From NCBI GenBank assembly GCA_963813815.1, contig CAWFAD010000016.1:1-64000 (forward strand): a DNA stretch of 64,000 nt, read 5' to 3'. Shown here in pieces: positions 49,483 through 61,192 of this stretch. The number at the start of each line of letters is the position of its first letter. The first letter of the stretch is position 1. Below the pieces are notes generated by a model, which made no database searches, was not told the origin of the DNA, and saw only the letters and a program-made list of their open reading frames with translations. The DNA is from an uncultured bacterium. Its GTDB lineage: Bacteria > Krumholzibacteriota > Krumholzibacteriia > Krumholzibacteriales > Krumholzibacteriaceae. The position numbers and the translations under genes were made by a program.

Positions 49483-50133
49483 CTAGCCGCGCGCCCCCAT
49501 GAGGCTTCCCGCGAGCGCCACCGCCGCCACGGCGTCTCCGGCGTACCCGTCGGCGCCGATGTCGCGCGCCCACTCGTCGTTGCACGGAGCGCCGCCGACC
49601 ATGACCTTGATCTTTTCGCGGAGCGAGCGCTTGCGTATCTCGTCCACGACGCGCTTCTGCCCCGACATCGTCGTCGTGAGAAGCGCCGATATGGCGATGC
49701 AGCCGGCGCCCTTCGCGACCGCTTCGTCCACGAAGCGCGCGACGGGCACGTCCGCGCCGAGGTCCGTGATCTCGAACCCGTTCGCCGAGAGCATCGTCGC
49801 GACGAGCGTCTTTCCGATGTCGTGGATGTCGCCCTCGATCGTGCCGATCACCACGTGGCCGAGGGATTTCGGGCGCGCGCTTCCCTTGGAGAGCTCCGGC
49901 TGAAGCACGGTCATCGCGCGCTTCATCGCCTCGGCCCCCATGACGAGCTCGGGGAGAAAGAGCGAGCCCTCTTCCCAGAGGCGTCCGACCTCCTTGATCC
50001 CCGCGACGAAACCCTTCTCGATCACCGCGAGGGGGGAATATTTTTTGGCGAGCGACTCTCGGGCGAGCTCTTCGGCCCTCTCGCCGTCGCCGGAGCGGAC
50101 GGCCTCGGCGCAGCTTGCGAGGAATGCCTCCAT
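49483..50133 (-). CDS. Corrinoid (cobalamin-binding) protein
   Basis: Cap domain FLPELV plus GDIHDIGK, DLG, SALLTTT, VGGAP. Confidence 0.93.
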   Translation of the reverse strand: MEAFLASCAEAVRSGDGERAEELARESLAKKYSPLAVIEKGFVAGIKEVGRLWEEGSLFLPELVMGAEAMKRAMTVLQPELSKGSARPKSLGHVVIGTIEGDIHDIGKTLVATMLSANGFEITDLGADVPVARFVDEAVAKGAGCIAISALLTTTMSGQKRVVDEIRKRSLREKIKVMVGGAPCNDEWARDIGADGYAGDAVAAVALAGSLMGARG

Positions 50134-50219
50134 CGTGTCCTCCTTAAGCTATGTAGAGACAAAAGTTTAGGGGAGCCTTGGGACGAAGTCAATAGCCTTT
50201 TCGCGGGCGGACAAAGCAA

Positions 50220-50308
50220 AGGGCCGGTCGCCTCAGGGTATCTCCAACACAAAGTCAACTTTCCCCCACGAAGGTCGACCTTTGAGTTAGGAGTAGGCTC
50301 CCGGCCCT
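50220..50308 (-). other. Long imperfect RNA hairpin followed by a U-rich tract
   Basis: Nested pairings GGGCCGG/CCGGCCC, GCCT/AGGC, CTCC/GGAG, AAC/GTT, CAAA/TTTG, GTCGAC/GTTGAC, then TTTGCTTTGT. Confidence 0.55.
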
Positions 50309-50327
50309 ATCTCTCTACAATTATTCC

Positions 50328-52010
50328 TTACTTCAGGGTCCCTCCGAACTCCGACTCGATCGCGAATCTCGGCTCGATGTCGACGGGAATCGCGGCGAAC
50401 CCCTCGATCTGCACGCGGAGCTCCTCGGGCATCTCGCCGTATTTCGCGAAGAAGGCCTTCGTCCCTTCGTAATCGCCGCGAGCCTGCAGCATGAGGATGT
50501 CGCTCGCAAGAGCCTTGACCGCGCCTTTGATTTTCGTGAAATCGACCGACCAGAGGCCCGTGGCCGGATCTCTGAGGTATGCTCCCTTTTCCCGCAGGTA
50601 ATTGAAGATTACCATGACGGCCTTCCCGTGCGCCTCATCCACCCCGAACCGCACCGACCGGAAGAAGCCCGCGAGGTACGTCGCGGCGGCTTCCTTCATG
50701 AGGGATTCAGGGAAAAACCCCTCGTCGATAAGATAATAAATGTTGTACGCCCCCACAATATCCGCTTTCGCTTCCTCGCATCCCGAGTACGTTTCCCGAA
50801 GCGCCTTGTTCACCGTCGTCGCGGTGCCGTCGGGGAGCCGGAGCGTGCCGGGGCCGAGGCCGTGCGAGAACTCGTGGAGCAGTATCTCGTTGAAATACGC
50901 GTCGAAGGTGACGTAGGGGATGAGCTCCGGCGCCATGACCTGCCCGGCGATAGGGACGAGGATCTTGTCGAACTTGGCGCGGCAGATGTTGCGGAGCATG
51001 ACCTTCTTCGTGCCCTTCGCCTCTCGCACCTTCTCGTCGTTCGGCAGGTTGAAGGCGATCGTCTGGACGCCCGCCTTCGTGTCGCCCGCCGAGAAGATCT
51101 CGTCGACGACCGAGATGGGCGACTCGGCGCCGCGCGTCGTGTTCTTGTGCGCGTCGGGGATGGGGAGGTTCGCTTCCATCTTCGTCTGGTACGCCTTGAG
51201 CCCGTCGAGCTTTTTCGTCTCCTCGGGATCGCGCACGCAGAGGAACGCCTCGAAGGCGGTCTTGTAGTTGAAGAGATTGTCCTCGTACACCTCGTAGGGG
51301 CCGATCGTGATGTCGATGACGTTGTCCGTAATGTCCATCCACGCCATGTCGCTCTCGAAGTAGTCGTCGATCCGGAGCCCCTTCGCGCGGAGCCGCAGGA
51401 AATTCGCGAGCGACTCGTTGTCGACGAGGGCCGCCGCTTCTTCGAGGAGCAGCGCCGCGCGCTCGATGAGCTGGGCGTACTCGAGAGAGTAGGGGACGGC
51501 CTCGAGCCCCTTGTCGGCGGTGCGCTTGATGACCGTGAAGCCGCTCTCGAAGGCTTCCTTGACCTCGGGGTGGTTCCGGACCCAATTCTCGAACTCCTCC
51601 TTCGTCATGTCCTCGGGGTAGAAGTTCGCGCCGTCGGGTTTCGGCGTTTTGACGAGCACCGGGGCGTGGGCCTTGAGGCGGTCCCACGGTCCGACGTTCC
51701 GCCAGAAGAACCTGAGAAGATCCGGCTTTCCGAGGCGCACGAGCTCGTCTCGAAGCTCCGCGTTCTTCGCCCAGACCTGCCGCATGAAGAGCTCGTCCAT
51801 GATGGATGCGGCCTCGAAGAGCTTGCGGAGCGCCGGGCGCCGCTCCTCGCCGATGAGGTTCCAGGGAACGGCGATGTCGACCGCGGCGTAGGGCTTGAGC
51901 TGCTCGGTCACGTCGACCGGTTCGATCATGATTCGCTCCTTCTTCGAGCAGCCGGGGCTCATGGCGAGGGCGATGAACACCATACACATGACGATGAGGC
52001 CTCGAGACAT
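50328..52010 (-). CDS. Zinc metallopeptidase lipoprotein, peptidase M49 (DPP III)-like
   Basis: Lipobox SPGC; GANFYP.DMT, IGPYEVYED, AFNLPND, HEFSHGLG, EEAKAD, RSVRFG..EAHG; AAGGAG RBS. Confidence 0.85.
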   Translation of the reverse strand: MSRGLIVMCMVFIALAMSPGCSKKERIMIEPVDVTEQLKPYAAVDIAVPWNLIGEERRPALRKLFEAASIMDELFMRQVWAKNAELRDELVRLGKPDLLRFFWRNVGPWDRLKAHAPVLVKTPKPDGANFYPEDMTKEEFENWVRNHPEVKEAFESGFTVIKRTADKGLEAVPYSLEYAQLIERAALLLEEAAALVDNESLANFLRLRAKGLRIDDYFESDMAWMDITDNVIDITIGPYEVYEDNLFNYKTAFEAFLCVRDPEETKKLDGLKAYQTKMEANLPIPDAHKNTTRGAESPISVVDEIFSAGDTKAGVQTIAFNLPNDEKVREAKGTKKVMLRNICRAKFDKILVPIAGQVMAPELIPYVTFDAYFNEILLHEFSHGLGPGTLRLPDGTATTVNKALRETYSGCEEAKADIVGAYNIYYLIDEGFFPESLMKEAAATYLAGFFRSVRFGVDEAHGKAVMVIFNYLREKGAYLRDPATGLWSVDFTKIKGAVKALASDILMLQARGDYEGTKAFFAKYGEMPEELRVQIEGFAAIPVDIEPRFAIESEFGGTLK

Positions 52011-52030
52011 TGCTGCCACTCCTTTCCAGC

Positions 52031-54152
<2,122 letters not shown>

Positions 54153-54368
54153 TTCTTCCTTACCTCGCGGCTCAAGGATACCCCCTGCCCCGGCCGCCGT
54201 TCAACTGATATCGCTCGCCGGCGCGACGCGCCCCGCTCTCCCCGCCGCAGCAAATCGCCTTGACGGCGCCCCGGGGCGGTGATAGCGTCGGAGTTCGCCA
54301 AAAACGGCGCATCGGCGAGCCGCGCCGCGCCGTCCCGATACCGAAAGCTCAACCGAAGGGGGATCCCG

Positions 54369-55610
54369 ATGGACAAGAAGCTCCTCAAGAAGGCGTTCGC
54401 GAAGATCGACGGCTATCGCGACGAGATGATCGACGTGCAGACCAAGCTCACCGCCATCCCGGCGCTCGCCCCGGTGAACGGCGGCGAGGGCGAGTGGAAG
54501 AAATCCGAGTTCTTCAAGGGCTATCTGCAGCAGTCCGGCATCTTCGACACGATCGATCAGTACGACTCCCCCGACTCCGAGGTGCCGAGCGGCAAGCGCC
54601 CGAACCTCGTCGCCGTGATGAAGGGCGCCTCCTCCGCCCGCCGCGTGTGGGTCATGGGGCACCTCGACATCGTGCCGCCGGGCGATCTCGCGAAGTGGTC
54701 GAGCGACCCGTACAAGGTGAAGATCGCGGACGGCAAGATCTACGGCCGCGGCGTCGAGGACAACCAGCACGGGATCGTGACCCCGCTCTTCGCCGCGAAG
54801 GCGCTCCGCGAGCTCGGCGCCAAGCCGCCCTACGACATCGGCCTCATTCTCGTCGCGGATGAGGAGACCGGCAGCAAGCACGGCATCCAGTATCTCCTCA
54901 AGCAGCACGGGAACCTCTTTCAGAAGAGCGATTTCATCGTGGTCCCGGACGCCGGCGTCCCCGACGGCACGATGATCGAGGTCGCCGAAAAGTCGATCTT
55001 CTGGCTCAAGATCGAAACCAAGGGGAAACAGTGCCACGCCTCGACGCCGAAGGAAGGCATAAACGCCCATCGCGCCGCGGCGCATCTCATCACGAAGATC
55101 GACAAGCTCTACCGGATGTTCCCTCAGAAGAACAAGGTCTTCGATCCCCCGATCAGCACCTTCGAGCCGACGAAGAAAGAGGCGAACGTCCCGAACATCA
55201 ACACCATCCCCGGCGACGACGTCATCTACATCGACATGCGCGTTCTCCCCGAGATCAAGCTCGACGACGTGTACGGCGCCATTAAGGGGATGATCAAAGA
55301 GGTCGAGGAGAAATTCGGCGTCACGATCTCGACGAACGCGGCGCAGCGCGAGGACGCGGCTCCCGCCACCCCGGCAGACGCCCCGGTCGTGCTCGCCCTT
55401 TCGGCCGCGATCAAGGACGTCTACCGCGTCAAGGCCAAGCCCAAGGGGATCGGGGGCGGCACGGTCGCGGCCTTCTTCCGCCGCCACGGCATCGGAGCGG
55501 TCGTTTGGTCCAAGATCGACGAGGTCGCCCATCAGCCGAACGAGTACACGATCATCGACAACATGGTCGGCGACGCCAAGGTCTTCGCGCACCTCTTTAT
55601 GCAGGAGTAG
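54369..55610 (+). CDS. M20-family metallo-hydrolase (DapE/ArgE-like)
   Basis: GHLDIVPPG, GRGVEDN, DEETGS, AEKS, GKQCHAS, GGGT, AHQPNEY. Confidence 0.9.
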   Translation: MDKKLLKKAFAKIDGYRDEMIDVQTKLTAIPALAPVNGGEGEWKKSEFFKGYLQQSGIFDTIDQYDSPDSEVPSGKRPNLVAVMKGASSARRVWVMGHLDIVPPGDLAKWSSDPYKVKIADGKIYGRGVEDNQHGIVTPLFAAKALRELGAKPPYDIGLILVADEETGSKHGIQYLLKQHGNLFQKSDFIVVPDAGVPDGTMIEVAEKSIFWLKIETKGKQCHASTPKEGINAHRAAAHLITKIDKLYRMFPQKNKVFDPPISTFEPTKKEANVPNINTIPGDDVIYIDMRVLPEIKLDDVYGAIKGMIKEVEEKFGVTISTNAAQREDAAPATPADAPVVLALSAAIKDVYRVKAKPKGIGGGTVAAFFRRHGIGAVVWSKIDEVAHQPNEYTIIDNMVGDAKVFAHLFMQE

Positions 55611-55658
55611 CCGGCGGGGCGCTCATGGCGCCGCCGCGCTTCCGCGCTCATCAAACCT

Positions 55659-55684
55659 CGAGGGCCCGCCCGCGCGGGCCCTCG
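55659..55684. terminator. Hairpin between convergent genes
   Basis: CGAGGGCCCGC-ccgc-GCGGGCCCTCG, perfect 11-bp stem. Confidence 0.55.
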
Positions 55685-55709
55685 GTCATTTTCCACGAAG
55701 CCTCTTCGC

Positions 55710-55928
55710 TTACCCGTCCTGCCGCGCGGCGGCCTCGTCGTCGAACAGAAAGACCTCCTCGATGGGCAGGCGGAAGCGGAGCGCGATATCGTGCGCCAGC
55801 CTGAGCGAGGGATTGTACTTGCCCTTTTCGAGGAAGACGATCGTTTCGCGCCTGACCCCCACAAGCCGCGCGAGCTCGAGCTGCGAAAGGTCGTGCTTGG
55901 CGCGCAACTCCTTAATTCGATTATACAT
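55710..55928 (-). CDS. XRE-family HTH transcriptional regulator
   Basis: NRIKELR...[32 protein letters not shown]...IEEVF. Confidence 0.92.
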   Translation of the reverse strand: MYNRIKELRAKHDLSQLELARLVGVRRETIVFLEKGKYNPSLRLAHDIALRFRLPIEEVFLFDDEAAARQDG

Positions 55929-56319
55929 TTCTCGTTCCGAGCGTTTTCACGCCGAGCCAGCAAATGAAAAAGACGACGGCCATGCCCAAAATCCCCGCGC
56001 CAACGAGGCTGTGCGCCTCGAGCGAGGTCTTGTCGCTCACATACATGACGAAGAGCCAGAGGTAGATCGAAACATAGTAGGCAAGGGAAGACGCCCGGGT
56101 CATCACCTTCTTCGAGAGCTCGTCATCTGCCGGTTCGCCGCGCCGGTGGCTCCGAAGCCTCATAACGCCGAGATACACGGCGAATCCGACGACCACGAGA
56201 AGGAGAGCGGCCGTAAGGATCTCCCGCGCGTCCCCGGCGAAATGCCCCTTGAGAGCCCACACGGCAAGGCTTGCCAGTATCAGGACGCTGATTGCGAATG
56301 AGACGATCGCTTTCTTCAT
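55921..56319 (-). CDS. DUF2178-like four-TM membrane protein
   Basis: Four TM helices with central DDELS..V...A; overlaps the XRE gene; GAGGAGG RBS. Confidence 0.75.
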   Translation of the reverse strand: MKKAIVSFAISVLILASLAVWALKGHFAGDAREILTAALLLVVVGFAVYLGVMRLRSHRRGEPADDELSKKVMTRASSLAYYVSIYLWLFVMYVSDKTSLEAHSLVGAGILGMAVVFFICWLGVKTLGTRNV

Positions 56320-56340
56320 GGGTCCTCCTCTCTTGAAAAC

Positions 56341-56377
56341 GTTAACTAATTCTAACACATTGTTAGAAATAGTCAAC
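56341..56377 (-). promoter_or_regulatory. Palindromic operator overlapping the promoter of the DUF2178-XRE operon
   Basis: 17-bp arms GTTAACTAATTCTAACA / TGTTAGAAATAGTCAAC (15/17 complementary, 3-bp spacer); minus strand TTGACT-16 nt-TAGAAT. Confidence 0.7.
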
Positions 56378-56534
56378 ACTTTTTTGAATCATCGATCTCT
56401 TTAGCCTCTTTAGCGGAGCCATCGCCGCGTTTCCGCTGGACACGCCGACTCCGGGTTCCATACCATTCGGCTCGAAATCATATGCGGCAGCGCATCCAGC
56501 GCCGGCCCGGCATGCCGGGCCCGAAAGGAGCCAT

Positions 56535-57074
56535 ATGCGACCCTCTCTCGTGCTCATTGCGTGTGTATTCGTCTTGGGCTTCGTTGCCGGCTGCGGCGAC
56601 GACGAATGCGACCCGTACGTGCCCGTCGTCTCCGAGGAGCCGCTCGCTCAAATCAGCATCACCGGGGGCGGCGGAGCGGCCTACCTCACCGATACCCTGC
56701 GGATAAATTTCGTCTCGTCGAGCTACGATACGCTGTTCAACCTGCTCATTACAGCCGCGGACGAGGGTACGGCGAGGATGATCGACGCCGCGACCTATCC
56801 TGCGTTCGCCGATGCGGCCGCGCGACTCGCGGACGGCGTGAACGATCAGTGGACGTTCTGGGTCCGCCTGTACCCGAGCAGCTCCGGCGGGGGATGGGGG
56901 ACCAGCGAAACGAACTGGATCGACGGCGGGCTCACGGGCGAATACGTTCCCGATCTTTTGGGCGCGGAGATCACGAAGGCCCGGCTCATTCTGGATAGAG
57001 TGGATATCGTCGCGGATGCCGGCTATACCAACTACGATATCGAGGCCCGCATCGTCATTATCGGGAAACCCTGA
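56535..57074 (+). CDS. Hypothetical lipoprotein
   Basis: Lipobox VAGC; AAGGAG RBS; beta-rich body. Confidence 0.7.
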   Translation: MRPSLVLIACVFVLGFVAGCGDDECDPYVPVVSEEPLAQISITGGGGAAYLTDTLRINFVSSSYDTLFNLLITAADEGTARMIDAATYPAFADAAARLADGVNDQWTFWVRLYPSSSGGGWGTSETNWIDGGLTGEYVPDLLGAEITKARLILDRVDIVADAGYTNYDIEARIVIIGKP

Positions 57075-57108
57075 GCGCCCCTCCACGCCGCGGCGGCATG
57101 GTCTCAAC

Positions 57109-57141
57109 AAAGCGGCGACCCCGAGGTGGGGTCGCCGCTTT
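57109..57141. terminator. Bidirectional intrinsic terminator
   Basis: AAAGCGGCGACCCC-gaggt-GGGGTCGCCGCTTT, perfect 14-bp stem between convergent genes. Confidence 0.75.
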
Positions 57142-57166
57142 CAGAGAGATGCGTTTCGCCGCGATC

Positions 57167-58177
57167 TCAATCCTTGCCCGGAATATCCCTGCCGCCTCCG
57201 CTGCTGGGCTTGATGTAGATTTCCAGCACGCTCGCGCTTCCGTCAGCCGCGAGCTTGGGCTCGTAGACGACGACTTCCGGATCGCTGTAGCCGAGCAGGT
57301 CGGCGGGGTCGAGACTCGCGATCCTCGTGTTGCGCGGATACGTGTGGACCACGCCGTCGTAATCGGTATAGCTCGCCTCCGCATCCAGACCGAAGGTGAG
57401 CCGGTACCAACCGCTCCGCACGGCAAGAGTCACGGTTCGGACGTCCCAGTTGAAACCGTAGATGCACTTGCCGCCCATGTTGATCTCGGCCGAATAGGCA
57501 TCGGTCGGACCATCAATGAAATACTTTTCGTAGCAGGGGCTGTCGTAGATGACCGCCGTCGGCGTTCCGCCCTGCACGTCCAGCTTCTCGATCTTCAGGC
57601 GAGCCACGTTCGAGTACACCGTGGCGGTCGTGGCCTGATATTTCGTGGTGTTCGTCACGAACACCTCTTCGAGCTTCAGGCCCCCGAGCGAGTACATGTT
57701 GTAGCCGGTCAGCGGATGCGCCACCGGATCGATGTTGTCGGCGAATAGAACAACTTCGACGCGAACCTTCGACTTGTCGGTCCACGTCTGGCGGGTCATG
57801 TTGTCCGCCCAGTCGAGCCTGACGCCCACTTCGCCCCAGGTCGTGCCGTCGGCCCAATCGGCGCACCATTCGTTGATCGACGGGTTCTGATACACCGGAT
57901 ACCCGTCGATGAGAGTCGCGTCATACGGTGCGACGAAGTACTCGACGCCGGGGATCCCCCGGAGCCCCGTCAAGTGCGTGGGGTCCTCGCCGGTGAGGCC
58001 GTGTCCTTCAGCGAACACCACCGGCATCGAGAGGCAGTTGACATAAACAGAGGGCTTTGCAGTGACGATCTCTCCTATCGTCTGGTTCTCGGCGACACTG
58101 GCAGGGTCCTCCGAGCAGCCGGACAGGAACACTACCGCCAGCAGCACGCAAATTGCGGCAATAGACAGTCTACCCAC
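57167..58177 (-). CDS. Hypothetical lipoprotein
   Basis: GTG start with AGGAGG RBS; lipobox LSGC; aromatic, beta-rich body. Confidence 0.7.
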   Translation of the reverse strand: MGRLSIAAICVLLAVVFLSGCSEDPASVAENQTIGEIVTAKPSVYVNCLSMPVVFAEGHGLTGEDPTHLTGLRGIPGVEYFVAPYDATLIDGYPVYQNPSINEWCADWADGTTWGEVGVRLDWADNMTRQTWTDKSKVRVEVVLFADNIDPVAHPLTGYNMYSLGGLKLEEVFVTNTTKYQATTATVYSNVARLKIEKLDVQGGTPTAVIYDSPCYEKYFIDGPTDAYSAEINMGGKCIYGFNWDVRTVTLAVRSGWYRLTFGLDAEASYTDYDGVVHTYPRNTRIASLDPADLLGYSDPEVVVYEPKLAADGSASVLEIYIKPSSGGGRDIPGKD

Positions 58178-58499
58178 AGTGCACCTCCTGCGAGTAAGTT
58201 GAGCTGTGTTGTTAAGTATAGCAACCCAGGGCCCGTTGCCCTACAGTCCACCCGGTCCCCGGCCGGTAAACATAACTTTACCAGAGTAAGAATTTCTTGT
58301 CAATGAGAATAGTTCGAGATAGAAAAAATCTTTCTTTATGCCATGCTCGCTTGCAACTCTATATAAGATTGATGCGCTGGAAGCGGGATGCGGTCGCTTC
58401 ATCTTTCCGGGGAATCGCCGGGTCGCTATCAAAGCTTTGCAAGAGAAACTCTCTATGCTATAGTGCCGCGAAACTCGCCTTTCTCGCGGGAGGGGACTC

Positions 58500-59825
58500 G
58501 TGAGCACACTTTTGAAAAACCTGCTTTTGCTCGCCTTGTTCATGGGCCTGAGCCTCGCCTTTTTCTATCTCGCCCTCGACAACGGCTTCTGGCACGCCGA
58601 CGATTTCACTTACCTCGGGCACAACCTGCGCATGACGACCGGCAAGACGGCGCTCTTCGACAGCGATCCGCCGTTCAAGTTTCAGCCGCTCGTGTACGGA
58701 TTGTCCTACGTGCTGTTTCACCGGTTCGGATTCAATCCGCAGGGGTATTTTATCTTCAACATCCTGCTCCACGGGCTCAACTCCTTCCTCGTCTATATCC
58801 TCGTGTGGACGCTCCTCAAGGACCGCGCCGTGGCGATCGTATCCGCCCTTCTCTTCGTGTTCACCGTCGGAAGCTACGGCAAGGCGATCATGATCATGTC
58901 GGGGCTCGAGGACCTCGTCATCACGGCGCTCACGCTCTTTACGATGGTCTTCTATTTCAAGAACGAGCTCGACGGCAAGGGGAAGATGCTCTCCCCGTGG
59001 TTCGTCCTCGCGTTCATCTTCTTCGTCGGCTCGATGTTCACGAGGAGCACGAGCTTCGCCATCCTCGGCGCGTTTCTCGCCTTCAACTTCTTTTTCCGGT
59101 TCGAAACGGGGCGCCGCGTCATGAGCAGAAACTTCGTTCTCCTGCTCCTCGTGGCCGTCGCGGCCGTGGTCGTGAAATCGCTCGTGTTTCAATACCGGCC
59201 GCCCTTCTACTCGACGGCGAATCCCGGCCCGCTCGAGGTCGTCTACTACTTCGCGAAGAACATCATCAGCTACCTCGTCCGGATGATCTTCCCCGTGCAC
59301 ACGTCCCACCTCGTCACCGAGGCCGGGCCCCTCGTGCGCTTCGTCTACGCCTTCGCGACCGCCATCAGAATTCTCATCGCGCTCGTCGTGGTTTCGTACT
59401 CCTTCTTCGGCTTCCTCTTCGGAAACCACACGATCCGCTTCTTCATCGCGTGGACGTACATCATGGTGATCCCCTTCGCCTTCTTCCAGTTTCCGGGGGA
59501 CTGGCTCAACATCCGGCACCTCTACCTCGTTTCGATCGGCCTCGCGATGGTCATCGCCGCCGGGGCCGTCTACTGCTCCCGCCTCATCTCGCACCGCCGC
59601 TGGCGCCGGTTCGTCCCCTTCGCCGTGCCCCTCTTTTTCATCGTCATGGCCCGCTTCATCGTGCACGAGCTCGACCAAAGCTACGAGCTCAGGAGAACGA
59701 GCGAGCTCGCGCTGGAACGCAAGAAAGCGATCGTCCAGAGATATCCGTGGGTCATGATCGAGGAGGGGCGCCTTCGCTACCGGCCCGAGGTGCCGCCCGA
59801 CGCGGCGGGCGCCGGAGAGCCCTAG
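58500..59825 (+). CDS. Polytopic membrane protein, GT-C-fold glycosyltransferase-like
   Basis: First loop FWHADDF, F.PL, NILLHGLN, late RHLYL motif, many TM helices. Confidence 0.7.
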   Translation: MSTLLKNLLLLALFMGLSLAFFYLALDNGFWHADDFTYLGHNLRMTTGKTALFDSDPPFKFQPLVYGLSYVLFHRFGFNPQGYFIFNILLHGLNSFLVYILVWTLLKDRAVAIVSALLFVFTVGSYGKAIMIMSGLEDLVITALTLFTMVFYFKNELDGKGKMLSPWFVLAFIFFVGSMFTRSTSFAILGAFLAFNFFFRFETGRRVMSRNFVLLLLVAVAAVVVKSLVFQYRPPFYSTANPGPLEVVYYFAKNIISYLVRMIFPVHTSHLVTEAGPLVRFVYAFATAIRILIALVVVSYSFFGFLFGNHTIRFFIAWTYIMVIPFAFFQFPGDWLNIRHLYLVSIGLAMVIAAGAVYCSRLISHRRWRRFVPFAVPLFFIVMARFIVHELDQSYELRRTSELALERKKAIVQRYPWVMIEEGRLRYRPEVPPDAAGAGEP

Positions 59826-61192
59826 GAAAATTTCAGCCGGACGGACGCCGAGCGCTCGAGGGCCGAAACGTCGCGCCGGCGAACCCGCACGCGGAGCACG
59901 AGATTGCGGCCGATGATCTTGCGCGAGAGGACGTGCGCCATCCGCTCGACGGCCGCCGCGGCGCGGCCGTCATCGCTCGGCACGATGATCTCCGCCTCGA
60001 CGAAATCCCCCGCGCGATGAGTCTCGATCCGCTCGAGGAGCTCCTCGATCCCCTCCCCCGTCGCCGCGCTCGCGAGAACGGCGTCCGGATGCCGGAGCGA
60101 GAGCGCCGATCTCGCCTCCGCCCCGGAGACGAGATCGACCTTGTTGAGAACGAGGAGCGAGGGCACCCGCGCGCCCGCATCGCCCGCCTCGCCGCCGGGG
60201 CGGGCTCCCCGCTTGCGATCCGGGGCGGCGGCCCCGGCGCCGTGCCGCTCCTTCGAGAGGACGCCGTCGAGAACCGTGTTGACGATCTCGATGTGATCGT
60301 CGCGGCGGGGGTTCGAGGCGTCGACGACGTGGAGGAGGAGCTCGGCCTCGCTCACGTCGAGGAGCGTCGCCCGGAAGCTCGCCACGAGATGCGGGGGAAG
60401 CTTGCGTATGAATCCGATCGTGTCGGTGAGGAGAAACGGCTCGCCCGAAGGGCCCCGCACGCGCCGCGTCGTGGAATCGAGCGTCGAGAAGAGGCGCGGG
60501 GACTCGAGCACCTCGCTCCCGGACACGCGATTCAGGAGCGTCGACTTGCCGGCGTTCGTGTAGCCGACGATCGCGACGTTGAAAAGACCCTCCCGGCGCC
60601 TGCGCCGCTCCTCGACCCCCCGGTGGATCCGGTCGAGCTCGCGGCCGAGGCTCGCCATCCGATCGTACGCGCGGCGGCGGTCGACCTCGATCTGCGTCTC
60701 GCCCGGCCCGCGCGTTCCGATGCCGGCCTCCTGCCTCTCGAGATGCGCCCAGAGGCGCCGCAGGCGCGGCAGCATGTATTTGAGCTGGGCGATTTCGACT
60801 TGGATCCTCGCCTGCTTCGTGCGGGCGCGTCGGGCGAAGATGTCGAGGATGAGCTCCGAGCGGTCGATGACGTTGACGTCGAGCCGCTTCTCGATGTTGC
60901 GCGCCTGCGCCGGGGAAAGATCGTCGTCGAAGATGACGAGATTGACGTCTCTTTCGTGAATGATTCCGGCGAGCTCGTCGAGCTTGCCCGAGCCGATGAA
61001 GGTCGACCCGTCGATGCGCGTGCGGTTCTGGATGGTGCTGCCCGCGATGTCGGCTCCTGCGCTGCGGGCGAGCGCCTCGAGCTCGCGGAGGTTCTCGGCC
61101 TCCGCCTCGCGGCGCACCGCGGGGAGGGTCACTCCCACGAGGAACGCCCGTTCGACGGGCGCCTTTGACTGCGGGACTCGATGGGACCGCAT
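59822..61192 (-). CDS. hflX: GTPase HflX
   Basis: ILDIFARRA, GIGTRGPGETQIE.DRR, GYTNAGKSTL, DTIGFI, NKVD. Confidence 0.95.
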   Translation of the reverse strand: MRSHRVPQSKAPVERAFLVGVTLPAVRREAEAENLRELEALARSAGADIAGSTIQNRTRIDGSTFIGSGKLDELAGIIHERDVNLVIFDDDLSPAQARNIEKRLDVNVIDRSELILDIFARRARTKQARIQVEIAQLKYMLPRLRRLWAHLERQEAGIGTRGPGETQIEVDRRRAYDRMASLGRELDRIHRGVEERRRRREGLFNVAIVGYTNAGKSTLLNRVSGSEVLESPRLFSTLDSTTRRVRGPSGEPFLLTDTIGFIRKLPPHLVASFRATLLDVSEAELLLHVVDASNPRRDDHIEIVNTVLDGVLSKERHGAGAAAPDRKRGARPGGEAGDAGARVPSLLVLNKVDLVSGAEARSALSLRHPDAVLASAATGEGIEELLERIETHRAGDFVEAEIIVPSDDGRAAAAVERMAHVLSRKIIGRNLVLRVRVRRRDVSALERSASVRLKFS

